NCBI GenBank assembly: GCA_043784805.1
Contig: JAYVXX010000094.1
Span: 1-43,072 of the forward strand
DNA length: 43,072 nucleotides
Reading direction: 5' to 3'
Origin: Minisyncoccota bacterium
Lineage (GTDB): Bacteria; Patescibacteriota; Minisyncoccia; Phycocordibacterales; UBA5272
Below are positions 6,480-15,697 of this stretch, piece by piece. Positions within the stretch are counted from its first letter, which is position 1, and every line of letters starts with the position of its first letter. The notes under the pieces were generated by a model. That model had not been told where the DNA came from and ran no database searches. It saw only the letters and a program-made list of their open reading frames with translations. The position numbers and the translations under genes are program-made.

Positions 6480-7037
6480 TTTTTTAGTTTTTGTGAGTTT
6501 TTGGCGTCTTTCTTCGATGGTTCCTCCTCGACTTTCTCCTGCGGGGCGGCCTAGCGGGCCGCTCCTCGGAGTCAGTCGGAACCATTGTCGAGGTTTCCGT
6601 GTGACGCCTGAGCGGAATACGTTGTTGGAACAGGTGTTTAAGCGATGGTTCACCCCCTCCCCTCGTTAAAATTAAGGGGATTTTGGTGAGCAATTTTGGT
6701 CGGTTTTTGAGTCCGAATCGCTGTATCCTTCGCCAAACCGTAGCTCTTTTTCATGCCCGGATAAACAACACCTGTAGGAATCGGCGCTGGGTTGATTACC
6801 AGCCTGTAAGTTGTTTTTTGTGCGTCCTTCGCGGAATGTGTCCGCTCTCGACCTTCTGCAATAACGCATCAGAAGATACTTTCAGGTTCACCATGCGGTC
6901 TATTACTAGACTGAGTTAGTATATCATATCTTGATGGGAGGGTGTCAATAGTGCTATATTTGATGAGTAGATGTGGTGGTTCGCACCTATGCTAGAATAG
7001 AGTCGGGGAGTAGCTGCGCTTATCAGCTGCTCCCTTT
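6480..7037 (+). ncRNA. Candidate structured non-coding RNA locus (GC-rich, helix-dense, unclassified)
   Basis: Only short, overlapping, motif-free ORFs here. GC-only hairpin 6543..6551 / 6557..6565. Complementary segment pairs 6516..6524 with 6578..6586 and 6526..6532 with 6587..6593. Terminator-like hairpins on the plus strand at 6658..6684 and 7005..7037. Confidence 0.3.
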
Positions 7038-7040
7038 GTG
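7005..7040 (+). terminator. Terminator-like hairpin upstream of TerL
   Basis: GGGAGTAGCTG, a 7-nt loop, then CAGCTGCTCCC (11 bp with one G-U pair), followed by TTTGTGG. Confidence 0.45.
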
Positions 7041-7118
7041 GTATGATGAGGTAAATAACAGAGCTATGTGGACAATCTAAAGATTGCACTAGCAAAGGGC
7101 GGTAAAATACTGTAGACC

Positions 7119-8990
7119 ATGCGACAACTAAGCAAGCAAACTCAAGATAAGCTGAGGGACGCTCTGCGGGATGTACCCAAAGACCAATTAGACACGGAAA
7201 CGATAAAAATGATCGCCGGGGATTTTTACTTGTACCTTGAGAGAAATCTAATGATAAAGGACAAGGTGACAGGAGCTATTGTGCCATTCGAGCTGAACTG
7301 GGCGCAGAAGATCTTTGTTGGGATGGTGCTCGCCGATCTGGAAGCTGGGCGTCCAGTGCGGTACATTATTCTGAAAGCACGCCAGCTCGGCATTAGTACA
7401 GTGATTGAGGCTCTCTGTTTTTGGTGGACATCGACCCATCGCAATATCAACTCCATTATTATGGCGCACGAGCGAGAGGCTAGTAAGAACTTGTACGAAA
7501 TGTTCCGCAGGTTCTACCAAAATGCTCACCCGTACTTCCAGCCAACACTAAAATACAACACTAAGTCTGACCTGACTTTTGATGCTGATGATGAAGCGAA
7601 GATGGCTGCGGTGAGGAATAGGAACCCAGTTCCGGGACTCGGGAGTAAGATCTCGACATTAGTCGCGAAAGACGACACGGGTCGGTCGGGGACTAATCAC
7701 TTTTTCCATGGCTCAGAGGTTGCTGCCTTTGAAGACTCGGCTGATGTTATTTCGGGAGTCATTCAGACAATTCCACTCGCCTCAAAGACCTTCGCCTTTT
7801 TGGAGTCGACAGCAAAAGGTGTCGGTGGGTATTTCTTCAATGAGTGGAATGCGGCTCAGAAGGGCCTGTCTGCCTATAAGCCGTTCTTCTTGGCATGGTG
7901 GCAGCATGAGGAGTATGAACTACCCCCTAGCGGTGGAAAAGCTCCCTGGAACGATTATGAGCAGGAACTGAGGGGTATATTTGCCGATCAGGGAATGGAC
8001 ATGGAGACCCAGGAGCGAAAGATCGCTTGGACTCGTCGTAAGCAACTCGAGTTCACCTCGGACCCAAAGAAGTTCTTTCAGGAATACCCACATACCCCAA
8101 TGTCAGCATTCTTGGCGAGTGGGAACTACGCCTTTCCGATTGAGATATTGATGAAAATGCTCGATGTCGCACAGAAGCGAGAGCCTCAGTATGGGGAGAT
8201 TTATTACGACGATGAGCGTAAGGCACATCTAAAGATAGTGGAAAATTCACCAATGAAGGTATGGTATCCGGCGGTGAAGGGTCTGAAGTACGTAATCGGC
8301 GTGGATACGGCGGAGGGAATTACCGTGAGTAGCTCTACAGGGAAAGAGGGAGACTTCTCAGTGATTACAGTGATGGAGCCACAAAGCCTTACCGTGGTTG
8401 CTCGTTGGCGTGGGCACATTGATCCTGATGAACTTGGTAATGTCACCTTTGATATTGGGACGTACTACAACACGGCGCTCGTAGGTGTTGAGGTCAATAA
8501 CCACGGACTTGTTACGGTACAGAAATTGAGGGACCGATTTTACCGGAACCTGTATCAAAGAGAGACTAATGAGGAGAATCAGTTCCAGGAGAGAACTTCG
8601 GTACTAGGTTGGAGAACTGATCGTAAGACGAAACCACTCATTATTAAAAATCTGGCAGCGGCACTACGGGATGGGGACATTAAGGAGTTCGACCCAGTGT
8701 GCATAGGTGAAATGATGACCTATATGCAGGGAGACAGAGGGGAGTATGATGGTAAGGCAAATGGCCATGACGACTGCGCTATGTCTCTCGCAATTACGCT
8801 ACATATGGCGGAGTGGAGTTCGTATGATGTACAATTGGCGAAAGAGAACATAAACAAAAGCAACCCTAAAATAAAAAAACATGGCAATGCCGCCAATGAA
8901 TCAAGGGATACCGACAGGAATTCCGAACTCAGATCCAAGCGCAGGGACGCAAGGGCCTCCGCAAAAGCCTCCCGTCGTTCCAACGGGTGA
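7119..8990 (+). CDS. terL: Terminase large subunit
   Basis: 623 aa. ILKARQLGISTVIEA is a Walker-A-like motif typical of the ATPase domain of large terminases. Acidic nuclease-like C-terminal half. Sits immediately upstream of the portal gene. Confidence 0.85.
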   Translation: MRQLSKQTQDKLRDALRDVPKDQLDTETIKMIAGDFYLYLERNLMIKDKVTGAIVPFELNWAQKIFVGMVLADLEAGRPVRYIILKARQLGISTVIEALCFWWTSTHRNINSIIMAHEREASKNLYEMFRRFYQNAHPYFQPTLKYNTKSDLTFDADDEAKMAAVRNRNPVPGLGSKISTLVAKDDTGRSGTNHFFHGSEVAAFEDSADVISGVIQTIPLASKTFAFLESTAKGVGGYFFNEWNAAQKGLSAYKPFFLAWWQHEEYELPPSGGKAPWNDYEQELRGIFADQGMDMETQERKIAWTRRKQLEFTSDPKKFFQEYPHTPMSAFLASGNYAFPIEILMKMLDVAQKREPQYGEIYYDDERKAHLKIVENSPMKVWYPAVKGLKYVIGVDTAEGITVSSSTGKEGDFSVITVMEPQSLTVVARWRGHIDPDELGNVTFDIGTYYNTALVGVEVNNHGLVTVQKLRDRFYRNLYQRETNEENQFQERTSVLGWRTDRKTKPLIIKNLAAALRDGDIKEFDPVCIGEMMTYMQGDRGEYDGKANGHDDCAMSLAITLHMAEWSSYDVQLAKENINKSNPKIKKHGNAANESRDTDRNSELRSKRRDARASAKASRRSNG

Positions 8991-10986
8991 TACTTCTGAA
9001 AAGGAAGTACATGAAGAGATTGAAGACACTTCTTCTGAATTAACATTGAAGGATGCCCTTAAAAAATATGTGAACGCCAAGAAGTACGTTGATAATTCTC
9101 TTCGTAAGCGCTGGGATTGGTATTTCCGTATTTACAAGGGTGAGCGTGTCAATCCAAGCTATATTGGGTCTATCTCTGTAGTTAATCGTGAACCCCACAC
9201 TGTTATCGAGACACTTGTTTCGAGTATCGCTGGAGGGCTTCCAAAGTTTCATTTCATTCCAACAAACCAAGAACAGTCAAAAGACACAGAGGTACTGAAC
9301 GGTATTCTTGACTATTACATGGGCTACAATGACATGAATATCAAGAACCAGATCTGGGTTCGGGATATGCTACTTTATGGGACGGGTATTCTTCACGTTG
9401 CCTGGAAAGACGGAAAGGTACTAATTGAGAACATTGCGCTCCGTGATTTCTTTGTTGACCCAACATCCACCGACTTCACCAAGACCCAGAGTCCTGCTCG
9501 CTATGCTGGGTTTGAGTATTTAGTCACAAAGACTCAGCTTGAGAATACGATGATCTATTCTGCTGAGCAGGACAAAATGATTCCTAAGTATAAGAATCTC
9601 GACAAGATCGGCAATACTCCACAGTACAATGGCGACGTCTCGACGATGGACAAGAAGTTCAAAGACCTTTTCTTTGGATCAACCTTGGACAATGCAGCCT
9701 ACGACCAGGTGCATGTAGTACTGCTTTATGATCTTGACTCAGGGAAAATTGTAGAAATCGGCAACCAGAAGGAGTTTATTTACTACGCCGATTCACACTT
9801 GCAGCGAGATGAGGAGACTCGTCCAAGCCAATCTCTTGTTGAGGGCGCACCTGAGAAAGAAACTCTTCAAGAGATTGAAAAATTCCTCCCATTTGCAGCT
9901 CTTCGTGACTATATCGACTCTTCACTATTCTATGCTGAAGGTGAGATGGCTGTGATGATGGGTGATGCTGAACTTCTTTCTGATTACGAGAGTATGGACG
10001 CTGATAACAATGCTTACCAGAATACTCCAATGTACCAGATCGACCCTCAGTTTGCTGATATGGCGAGTGAGATCGAGACAATCCCAGGCGCCGTATACCC
10101 TATTCCAAAGGGTGCTCTTTCACCTATTGAGCGTCCACAGCTAGGCCAAGACCTTGAGTTGAAGAAGAACGCTATCGCTGATCGTATGCGTCGTGCGACA
10201 GCTGCTGACGAGGCCGTACAAGGTGTTTCACAGCAACAGGGGCGTATCACAGCCACCGAGGTTTCAACACAGCTACAACAGTCTGAGGGACGTTTCTCAA
10301 CCAAGATTACTAACCTCGGCTATGGCGGGTATGCTCAACTCGGATCAATCATCTTCAAGATGGTTCAGATCTTTGCGACTCAAAACACTGTTATCCGCAT
10401 AGTTGGAAAAGATGGGGTTGAATTTAAGAACTTTGACCCATGGGAATTTAATGGAGAATACGAAGCTGAAGTGAGCCTCGATAGCGACATTAAGCGAAAG
10501 CAGATGGAAGTTGGTCAGAAGAACGCTCAGATCTTCCAAATCCTTGAGCAGGCGCCTATCTTTGACCCAATTGAGAAGTACCGATTTATCATTAAGCAGA
10601 TCGACCCTACCTTCACAGACGATGAGTTCAACGAGATGCTTAATAAGCAACCAGCACAACCAGGGGCTGATACTAAGGACTACGCACAGCTCGATAAGCT
10701 CTATGCGCTTGTTCCTCCAGCCACTAAGCAGGCGATCTTGAAGCTTCTTGGGCTCCCGGAAGATCCTGAGCTTGATGCTGAGATTCAAACAAACATGATG
10801 ACTCACGCAGGGACACAGGCTGATATTATGCACCCACATACAGACACTCAGGGCAATCCAATTGTAGGACCATCAGAGACGCCAATGCCAGATCCGGTAC
10901 AGCCTACACCACCACCAGCTCAGGGAAATTTAACCGTTCACCTACACCCTCAACCAGAGCCTAAGCCTAAACCAGTTAACAAATAA
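8881..10986 (+). CDS. Portal protein
   Basis: 701-aa ORF directly after TerL and before the scaffold and capsid genes, of typical size. The start (8881, 8887 or 8896) overlaps the TerL tail by about 95-110 nt. Confidence 0.75.
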   Translation: MAMPPMNQGIPTGIPNSDPSAGTQGPPQKPPVVPTGDTSEKEVHEEIEDTSSELTLKDALKKYVNAKKYVDNSLRKRWDWYFRIYKGERVNPSYIGSISVVNREPHTVIETLVSSIAGGLPKFHFIPTNQEQSKDTEVLNGILDYYMGYNDMNIKNQIWVRDMLLYGTGILHVAWKDGKVLIENIALRDFFVDPTSTDFTKTQSPARYAGFEYLVTKTQLENTMIYSAEQDKMIPKYKNLDKIGNTPQYNGDVSTMDKKFKDLFFGSTLDNAAYDQVHVVLLYDLDSGKIVEIGNQKEFIYYADSHLQRDEETRPSQSLVEGAPEKETLQEIEKFLPFAALRDYIDSSLFYAEGEMAVMMGDAELLSDYESMDADNNAYQNTPMYQIDPQFADMASEIETIPGAVYPIPKGALSPIERPQLGQDLELKKNAIADRMRRATAADEAVQGVSQQQGRITATEVSTQLQQSEGRFSTKITNLGYGGYAQLGSIIFKMVQIFATQNTVIRIVGKDGVEFKNFDPWEFNGEYEAEVSLDSDIKRKQMEVGQKNAQIFQILEQAPIFDPIEKYRFIIKQIDPTFTDDEFNEMLNKQPAQPGADTKDYAQLDKLYALVPPATKQAILKLLGLPEDPELDAEIQTNMMTHAGTQADIMHPHTDTQGNPIVGPSETPMPDPVQPTPPPAQGNLTVHLHPQPEPKPKPVNK

Positions 10987-10988
10987 GC

Positions 10989-11369
10989 ATGGAAGATAGT
11001 CCAATACTTTCAGTAGAGGAGCAGATAAAGCTAAGTGAAGGGAGGCGAGAGGCCGCTGAGGCATCCTCAGTAGCCCGACTAGAGCGTCAAAAAGAGAATT
11101 CCGCACATCGGAATGCGGTGGATATCTCTTGGAGAGAAATTCAAAATACCCTTGCGATTAAGGAGCTTCTCACCTTCGTTGAGACACTTAAAGATGGGCA
11201 TTTGAGAGTGGCAACCGACGGGATGGCTCAAAAGATCACAGGTAGGGATGATGAGGGGAATGAAATTATGGAACTTGTCAATTTAAACTCTGAACAGCGC
11301 CTAGGCCATCTTGATAGAGCTACTGGCAATGATGAGATTTTGAATTATTTAATCAGACACCGTTCATAG
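10989..11369 (+). CDS. Hypothetical protein (126 aa) in the head module
   Basis: ORF starting 2 nt after the portal stop. Confidence 0.6.
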   Translation: MEDSPILSVEEQIKLSEGRREAAEASSVARLERQKENSAHRNAVDISWREIQNTLAIKELLTFVETLKDGHLRVATDGMAQKITGRDDEGNEIMELVNLNSEQRLGHLDRATGNDEILNYLIRHRS

Positions 11370-11453
11370 GAACTTGTACTGTTTATGTTCGGTATAGTAC
11401 ACTGTTCGTAACAAGCAAGTGCTTGATGTACCAATAAGCCCTAATAGGAAAAG

Positions 11454-12278
11454 ATGAGTGAAACTCCCAATGCAGAAGGACTGAACGACCAGGAAATCCC
11501 AGATGAAATTCTGAATCCTGGCTCAGAAGCTCCAAAGGAAGAAACGCCCGCCGCTAAAAGCGACGACAAGCATACAGAAACATCAGATGATATTTTTGGT
11601 GATAATCCCTTCGAGGAGATATCCATAGAAGAGGACGCCCCAGAAATAGAAGCACCTAAAGCCGATGAGTTCGATAAGGACTTGGACACCTGGGCTGAGA
11701 AAGCTGGCCATGAGGTCCCTGAGACTGATCGTGAACGCAAACTATTACAGACAATCCGTAATGGTCAACGTGAATTCACGAAAGGTAAACAGGCTAAGAA
11801 TAGTGTCTCTGAATTAGACAAAGTCATAGAGGAAGCAAAAAAAGAAATTCCTGAAGTCGATGATTACATTGACCCATTGGAAAGGAAAGTTGCAGAACTA
11901 GAAACGAGTCGAAACGAAGAACGCACTAGCCGCCTACAGTCAGAATTTTTCACAGAGAAAGCCGTCACCGAAACTACTGGTAAATTGATGGGCGACATTA
12001 TCAAGGAAGCCTTCGATAAGGCTCCTACCGATAAGAAGCAACAAGTACTTGATTACTGGTCACATCCTGACCAACTACCACAGCTACTTGAAATCGCCGA
12101 AGCTCGCGAGCTTAAAACTCGGGGGGATACTAGTACTGATGAGGCTGTACAGGCGGAGCGTCGTCGTATAGAGAAAGAGTCGAAAGGTTCTTCCCCAGTA
12201 CGAAATGCTAAAACAACAGCCACCAAACAAGCCGTTGATCCGCGCGACCCAGACCCACTTTGGGACAATCTGGACTAG
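11454..12278 (+). CDS. Scaffolding protein candidate
   Basis: 274 aa, strongly acidic with a helical-looking composition. Lies between the portal and the major capsid protein. Confidence 0.55.
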   Translation: MSETPNAEGLNDQEIPDEILNPGSEAPKEETPAAKSDDKHTETSDDIFGDNPFEEISIEEDAPEIEAPKADEFDKDLDTWAEKAGHEVPETDRERKLLQTIRNGQREFTKGKQAKNSVSELDKVIEEAKKEIPEVDDYIDPLERKVAELETSRNEERTSRLQSEFFTEKAVTETTGKLMGDIIKEAFDKAPTDKKQQVLDYWSHPDQLPQLLEIAEARELKTRGDTSTDEAVQAERRRIEKESKGSSPVRNAKTTATKQAVDPRDPDPLWDNLD

Positions 12279-12302
12279 TTAATATATTAGAAAAAAAATA
12301 TC

Positions 12303-13136
12303 ATGGCTCAAAATTATGCGTCCGCCACGCTAAAGAAAATCGACGAGCGTTTCTCCCTAGAGGCTAAGACTGAGATGATCGTTAATAACGGCATCACTCT
12401 TGATTTCTCTGGTATTAACACCGTCACTATCTACAACATCAATACTGTTGCTGAAACCGACTATGTTCGTTCTGGCACACAGCGCTTTGGTTCACTTGTA
12501 GAACTCGGAACTGGGACTCAGACTTTCGTTCTTTCACAGGACAAAGCCTTCACCTTCTCAGTAGACCGTGGAAATCTTGAAGATTCTATGATGATTCAAG
12601 AAGTAAACAAGTCAGTACAGCGTCAGGTCCGTGAGGTTTCAATCCCTACTACCGACATCTACCGACTTGGTGTTCTTGATGCTTACGCTCGTGCCAACAG
12701 CCAGGGCGCTACTGGTCCTCTTACCAAGGCTACTGTTTTCGAGGCTATCCTCGCTGAGCGTGCTGCTCTTATTCAGGCGCTTGTCCCAGTTGATGACCTT
12801 GTTGTCTACATGAGTCCTACAATTGAGTCTGTTCTCTGGGTTGACCCTGAGTTCAAACTTCAGTGTAATCTTGCGTACGCTGACAACAAGCAGGGAATTA
12901 TCGGTAATGTACTTGGAATGACCATGGTTGTTCTTCCTACAACTTACTTCCCTGCAAACTTCAACTTCATGGTTGTTGCTAAGAATGTTCTCGTTGCCCC
13001 TTACAAGTTCAACTCTATCCGCGTCCTTACCGACGTCCAGGGTATTGATGGCGCTGTTGCTGAAGGTCGTCGTTACTACGATGCTTTCATCCCAACAAAC
13101 AAGGGTGTAGCTATTCGTGCTCAACACTCTGCTTAA
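12303..13136 (+). CDS. Major capsid protein
   Basis: 277 aa. Position after the scaffold candidate. The N-terminal pattern (...ERFSLEAKTEMIVNNG..LDF.G..TV.IYN..TV...DY.RSG..RFG...ELG...Q.F.LSQD.AFTFS.DRGN.EDSMM) resembles capsid proteins of Gram-positive phages, from memory. Confidence 0.75.
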   Translation: MAQNYASATLKKIDERFSLEAKTEMIVNNGITLDFSGINTVTIYNINTVAETDYVRSGTQRFGSLVELGTGTQTFVLSQDKAFTFSVDRGNLEDSMMIQEVNKSVQRQVREVSIPTTDIYRLGVLDAYARANSQGATGPLTKATVFEAILAERAALIQALVPVDDLVVYMSPTIESVLWVDPEFKLQCNLAYADNKQGIIGNVLGMTMVVLPTTYFPANFNFMVVAKNVLVAPYKFNSIRVLTDVQGIDGAVAEGRRYYDAFIPTNKGVAIRAQHSA

Positions 13137-13161
13137 TCTAAATTAGTCATAATAAGCTCCT

Positions 13162-13590
13162 ATGTCTCGAAAATCTATTGAAGAAATTGCGGCGGCCTCA
13201 GGTGGTCAAACATCAGAAGAATCCTCTCATAAGAATCCAGGTGGTCTGTACGAGTACACTCGTCCAGATGGCACTGTAGTACAATTGATCGCCCGTGAAA
13301 GCGAGCGCTTCGGTACTCCACAGGCGGATGCAGCAGTTCGTGTAGGGTACACCTATGTTCGACCAGCTACTGTAGAGGAGCTATCTGTGCCAGACTTTAT
13401 CCCAGGCCTTACTAAGCAACAGTTGGCCGCGATGCCTCAAGGGTATTCAGAGGCAATGGTTCCTAAGGCACAATTAGATGCACTTGAAGCTCGCCTAGCT
13501 GCCCTCGAGGTAGTACCGGTAGCTCCTGTAAAAGTAGAAAAGTTTACAGATGAAGTCCCATTGACCGATCCTGAAACTACAAAGAAATAA
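13162..13590 (+). CDS. Hypothetical head-associated protein (142 aa)
   Basis: ORF immediately downstream of the capsid gene. Confidence 0.55.
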   Translation: MSRKSIEEIAAASGGQTSEESSHKNPGGLYEYTRPDGTVVQLIARESERFGTPQADAAVRVGYTYVRPATVEELSVPDFIPGLTKQQLAAMPQGYSEAMVPKAQLDALEARLAALEVVPVAPVKVEKFTDEVPLTDPETTKK

Positions 13591-13604
13591 ATTAAGAAAG
13601 AATC

Positions 13605-14021
13605 ATGCCTAATACTTTTTCCCAACTTGGTAACGGCCATAAGTCGGTTGATGTAAACGTTAATAAAACGCTTACCGCTGCTGACTGTGGTATCGTCCAG
13701 AATGTAATTATTGATGGTATCACCATCACTCTACCTTCCACAGCTCTTGGCCTTCACTACACCATTCGTAATAGCGGGGCTACTAAGCTCCTTGCTACAG
13801 CTGGAACTGGTGATGACGGAAGCGTACTCGTTACTGTCGCCCCTGCTGCTGCTGATGGGATCACTGGAAATGGTTTCACTGCTGCTACCAACAAGTCAGC
13901 TCTTAACACTAAGGCTACCGCCAAAGTGGGCGACTATATTTCCATCATGGGAACTGGTGCTGCTGGTGTTACTGGATGGGTGATGACAGCTGTTCGTGGA
14001 ACATGGGTTCGCCAGCCATAG
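13605..14021 (+). CDS. Hypothetical structural protein (138 aa, Gly/Ala/Thr-rich)
   Basis: ORF in the capsid cluster, followed by a strong terminator. Confidence 0.55.
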   Translation: MPNTFSQLGNGHKSVDVNVNKTLTAADCGIVQNVIIDGITITLPSTALGLHYTIRNSGATKLLATAGTGDDGSVLVTVAPAAADGITGNGFTAATNKSALNTKATAKVGDYISIMGTGAAGVTGWVMTAVRGTWVRQP

Positions 14022-14035
14022 TTTGAACGAAAAAG

Positions 14036-14064
14036 AAAAGACTCCTTCGGGGGTCTTTTTTTTA
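14036..14064 (+). terminator. Rho-independent terminator after the capsid cluster
   Basis: AAAAGACTCC, loop ttcg, GGGGGTC, then a T8 run. Confidence 0.8.
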
Positions 14065-14107
14065 TTCTTTTGTTGTATACTACTTGTAAATACTAATAAA
14101 AAAACAA

Positions 14108-14425
14108 ATGGCAGCATTCGATATTACCCCAACAGTAGCTTGTCCGAATGTAGCTAATGCTACCTCGGTTGTAATTCTTGCAGCAAACCAGTCCCGTCGT
14201 GGTTTTCGTATTCAAAACAATACAGCGGGGACAATTGCCTGGTCAGAGGCAGGCTTTGCGCTTACTGGGACTACGCCAACACTAGCAAATCCATGTGAGT
14301 TAATCACTGCTGGAGCTTACTTTGAGAGCTCCTCGACTCCAGATTATAGGTGCTCAACTACAGATATCACCGTCTATCAGTCTTCTGGATCTAGTACGAA
14401 TCTTATTACCGTTATAGCGAGGTAA
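14108..14425 (+). CDS. Hypothetical protein (105 aa)
   Basis: ORF whose stop lies 2 nt before the next start. Confidence 0.55.
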   Translation: MAAFDITPTVACPNVANATSVVILAANQSRRGFRIQNNTAGTIAWSEAGFALTGTTPTLANPCELITAGAYFESSSTPDYRCSTTDITVYQSSGSSTNLITVIAR

Positions 14426-14427
14426 TT

Positions 14428-15696
14428 ATGCCCTACGGAGGACCATCATCATCTTCGATACCTGACGTCGTTCGTCCGACGCCTTTTGCTGTAGTAAAGA
14501 CTGATAGCTTCCCAGGCAGTACCCTAGACCCATACTGGACTGCTACAATTCCAAACCGTGTAAGCATTGCGAGCAATAAACTGACCATGCTGGCTTCTGT
14601 AGACGGTACTGGTTACTGGACTAACCACGTTTATCACAATCTTCCAGGTTACGATGCACGTGTAACAATGACTATTCCAGCAAACGGTACCGCTGTTAGC
14701 TCGTCCGGCCCAGTCCTGCGTCGCCAGGCTTCAGGAGCTTGTTATATTCTGAATATCGCCAACGCTGGGGCAGCTACGCTTTATTCGATTGGTGCTGCTG
14801 GTGCGCCTTCAACAATTGGTACTGTCGCTATCGCAGGAACACCACTACAAACTGGCTGTATTGTTTCGATGTCTGTTTCAGGTGTCTCTCCTACTGAAAT
14901 CGTAGTTGTAATTACTGCCCTTGATGGTGTTACACTACTCGCCCAGTTAAATGTAATTGATAGTTTCGCAGCTTGCCAAAACATTGGTGGGGCAGGATTT
15001 GGTACATGGGACACCGGCCCTGGTATTTTCTCAAATGTTATTGTTGAAACTCGTACTGGCGTTGAGACTCGAGCGGGCCTGATAGTAGGATTCCTCGGTG
15101 ACTCGATTACTAATGGGACTGGTACTTCTGGGGGGGCGAATACTGCACCCGCCCAAGCTACTACAGCTCTTACTGCTCAATCTGGCGTACCTGCCACAAG
15201 CTCAATCAATGGTATATCTGGTAAGACAACTACTGACTTTGCAGCCGGAAGTGGTTTACTTGCCACGGCTCAGACTCAATTTATTCTTGCCGGTGTTAAT
15301 GTTGTATCAATAATGCTCGGGACGAACGATTCAAAATCAAGCGTTCAGATACCAGTAGCGACATATCTTGCTAATCTAACAGGTATTGCGAACCAACTTC
15401 TTACTAACATTCCAGGGTTACTTGCTGTAGTGATTCACTCACCTATCTCAGCTGGAAATAACCTCCCTGACTTTGGTGGAATGTCTGAGAAGATGATATA
15501 CGGATATTCAGCTGCTCTTCCAAGTATCTGTACTGGGTCTAACGGAAAGGGAATACTACTTGGAGATGCAATAGGTATTGGCTACTTCGGGGTGACAAAC
15601 TCTAGTCTGGCTGATAATATCCACCCAAATGATGTTGGGGCTTCCGCGCTGGGTAAGATGTGGGCTCGGGCGATTCGTCTCAAGATGGGGCTATAA
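14428..15696 (+). CDS. Virion-associated SGNH/GDSL hydrolase (esterase)
   Basis: C-terminal half carries FLGDSITNG (block I), IMLGTNDS (block III) and DNIHPND (block V, DxxH). Confidence 0.75.
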   Translation: MPYGGPSSSSIPDVVRPTPFAVVKTDSFPGSTLDPYWTATIPNRVSIASNKLTMLASVDGTGYWTNHVYHNLPGYDARVTMTIPANGTAVSSSGPVLRRQASGACYILNIANAGAATLYSIGAAGAPSTIGTVAIAGTPLQTGCIVSMSVSGVSPTEIVVVITALDGVTLLAQLNVIDSFAACQNIGGAGFGTWDTGPGIFSNVIVETRTGVETRAGLIVGFLGDSITNGTGTSGGANTAPAQATTALTAQSGVPATSSINGISGKTTTDFAAGSGLLATAQTQFILAGVNVVSIMLGTNDSKSSVQIPVATYLANLTGIANQLLTNIPGLLAVVIHSPISAGNNLPDFGGMSEKMIYGYSAALPSICTGSNGKGILLGDAIGIGYFGVTNSSLADNIHPNDVGASALGKMWARAIRLKMGL

Positions 15697-15697
15697 T

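Noticed and set aside
5848-6919. Seven short ORFs (5848..6063, 5879..6142, 6220..6438, 6411..6653, 6484..6693, 6672..6869, 6683..6919)
   Set aside because: They overlap one another in different frames and strands, lack SD sequences, and have low-complexity or Arg/Pro/Ser-rich translations that cross obvious DNA repeats and hairpins. A frameshifted pseudogene was considered, but no translation resembles a known fold.
8868-8878. The A-rich run (AAAATAAAAAAAC) just before the portal ATG as a -1 frameshift site fusing TerL to the portal
   Set aside because: The A AAA AAA heptamer is in the correct phase in the TerL frame. However, the portal frame is +1 relative to TerL ((8881-7119) mod 3 = 1), so a -1 slip would not enter it. 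I see no downstream stimulatory structure.
10345-10839. Long antisense ORFs inside large genes (for example 10345..10839, 12639..13127, 25432..25782, 8720..9046, 39037..39453)
   Set aside because: These are shadow ORFs opposite well-supported genes. They have low-complexity translations and no start signals.
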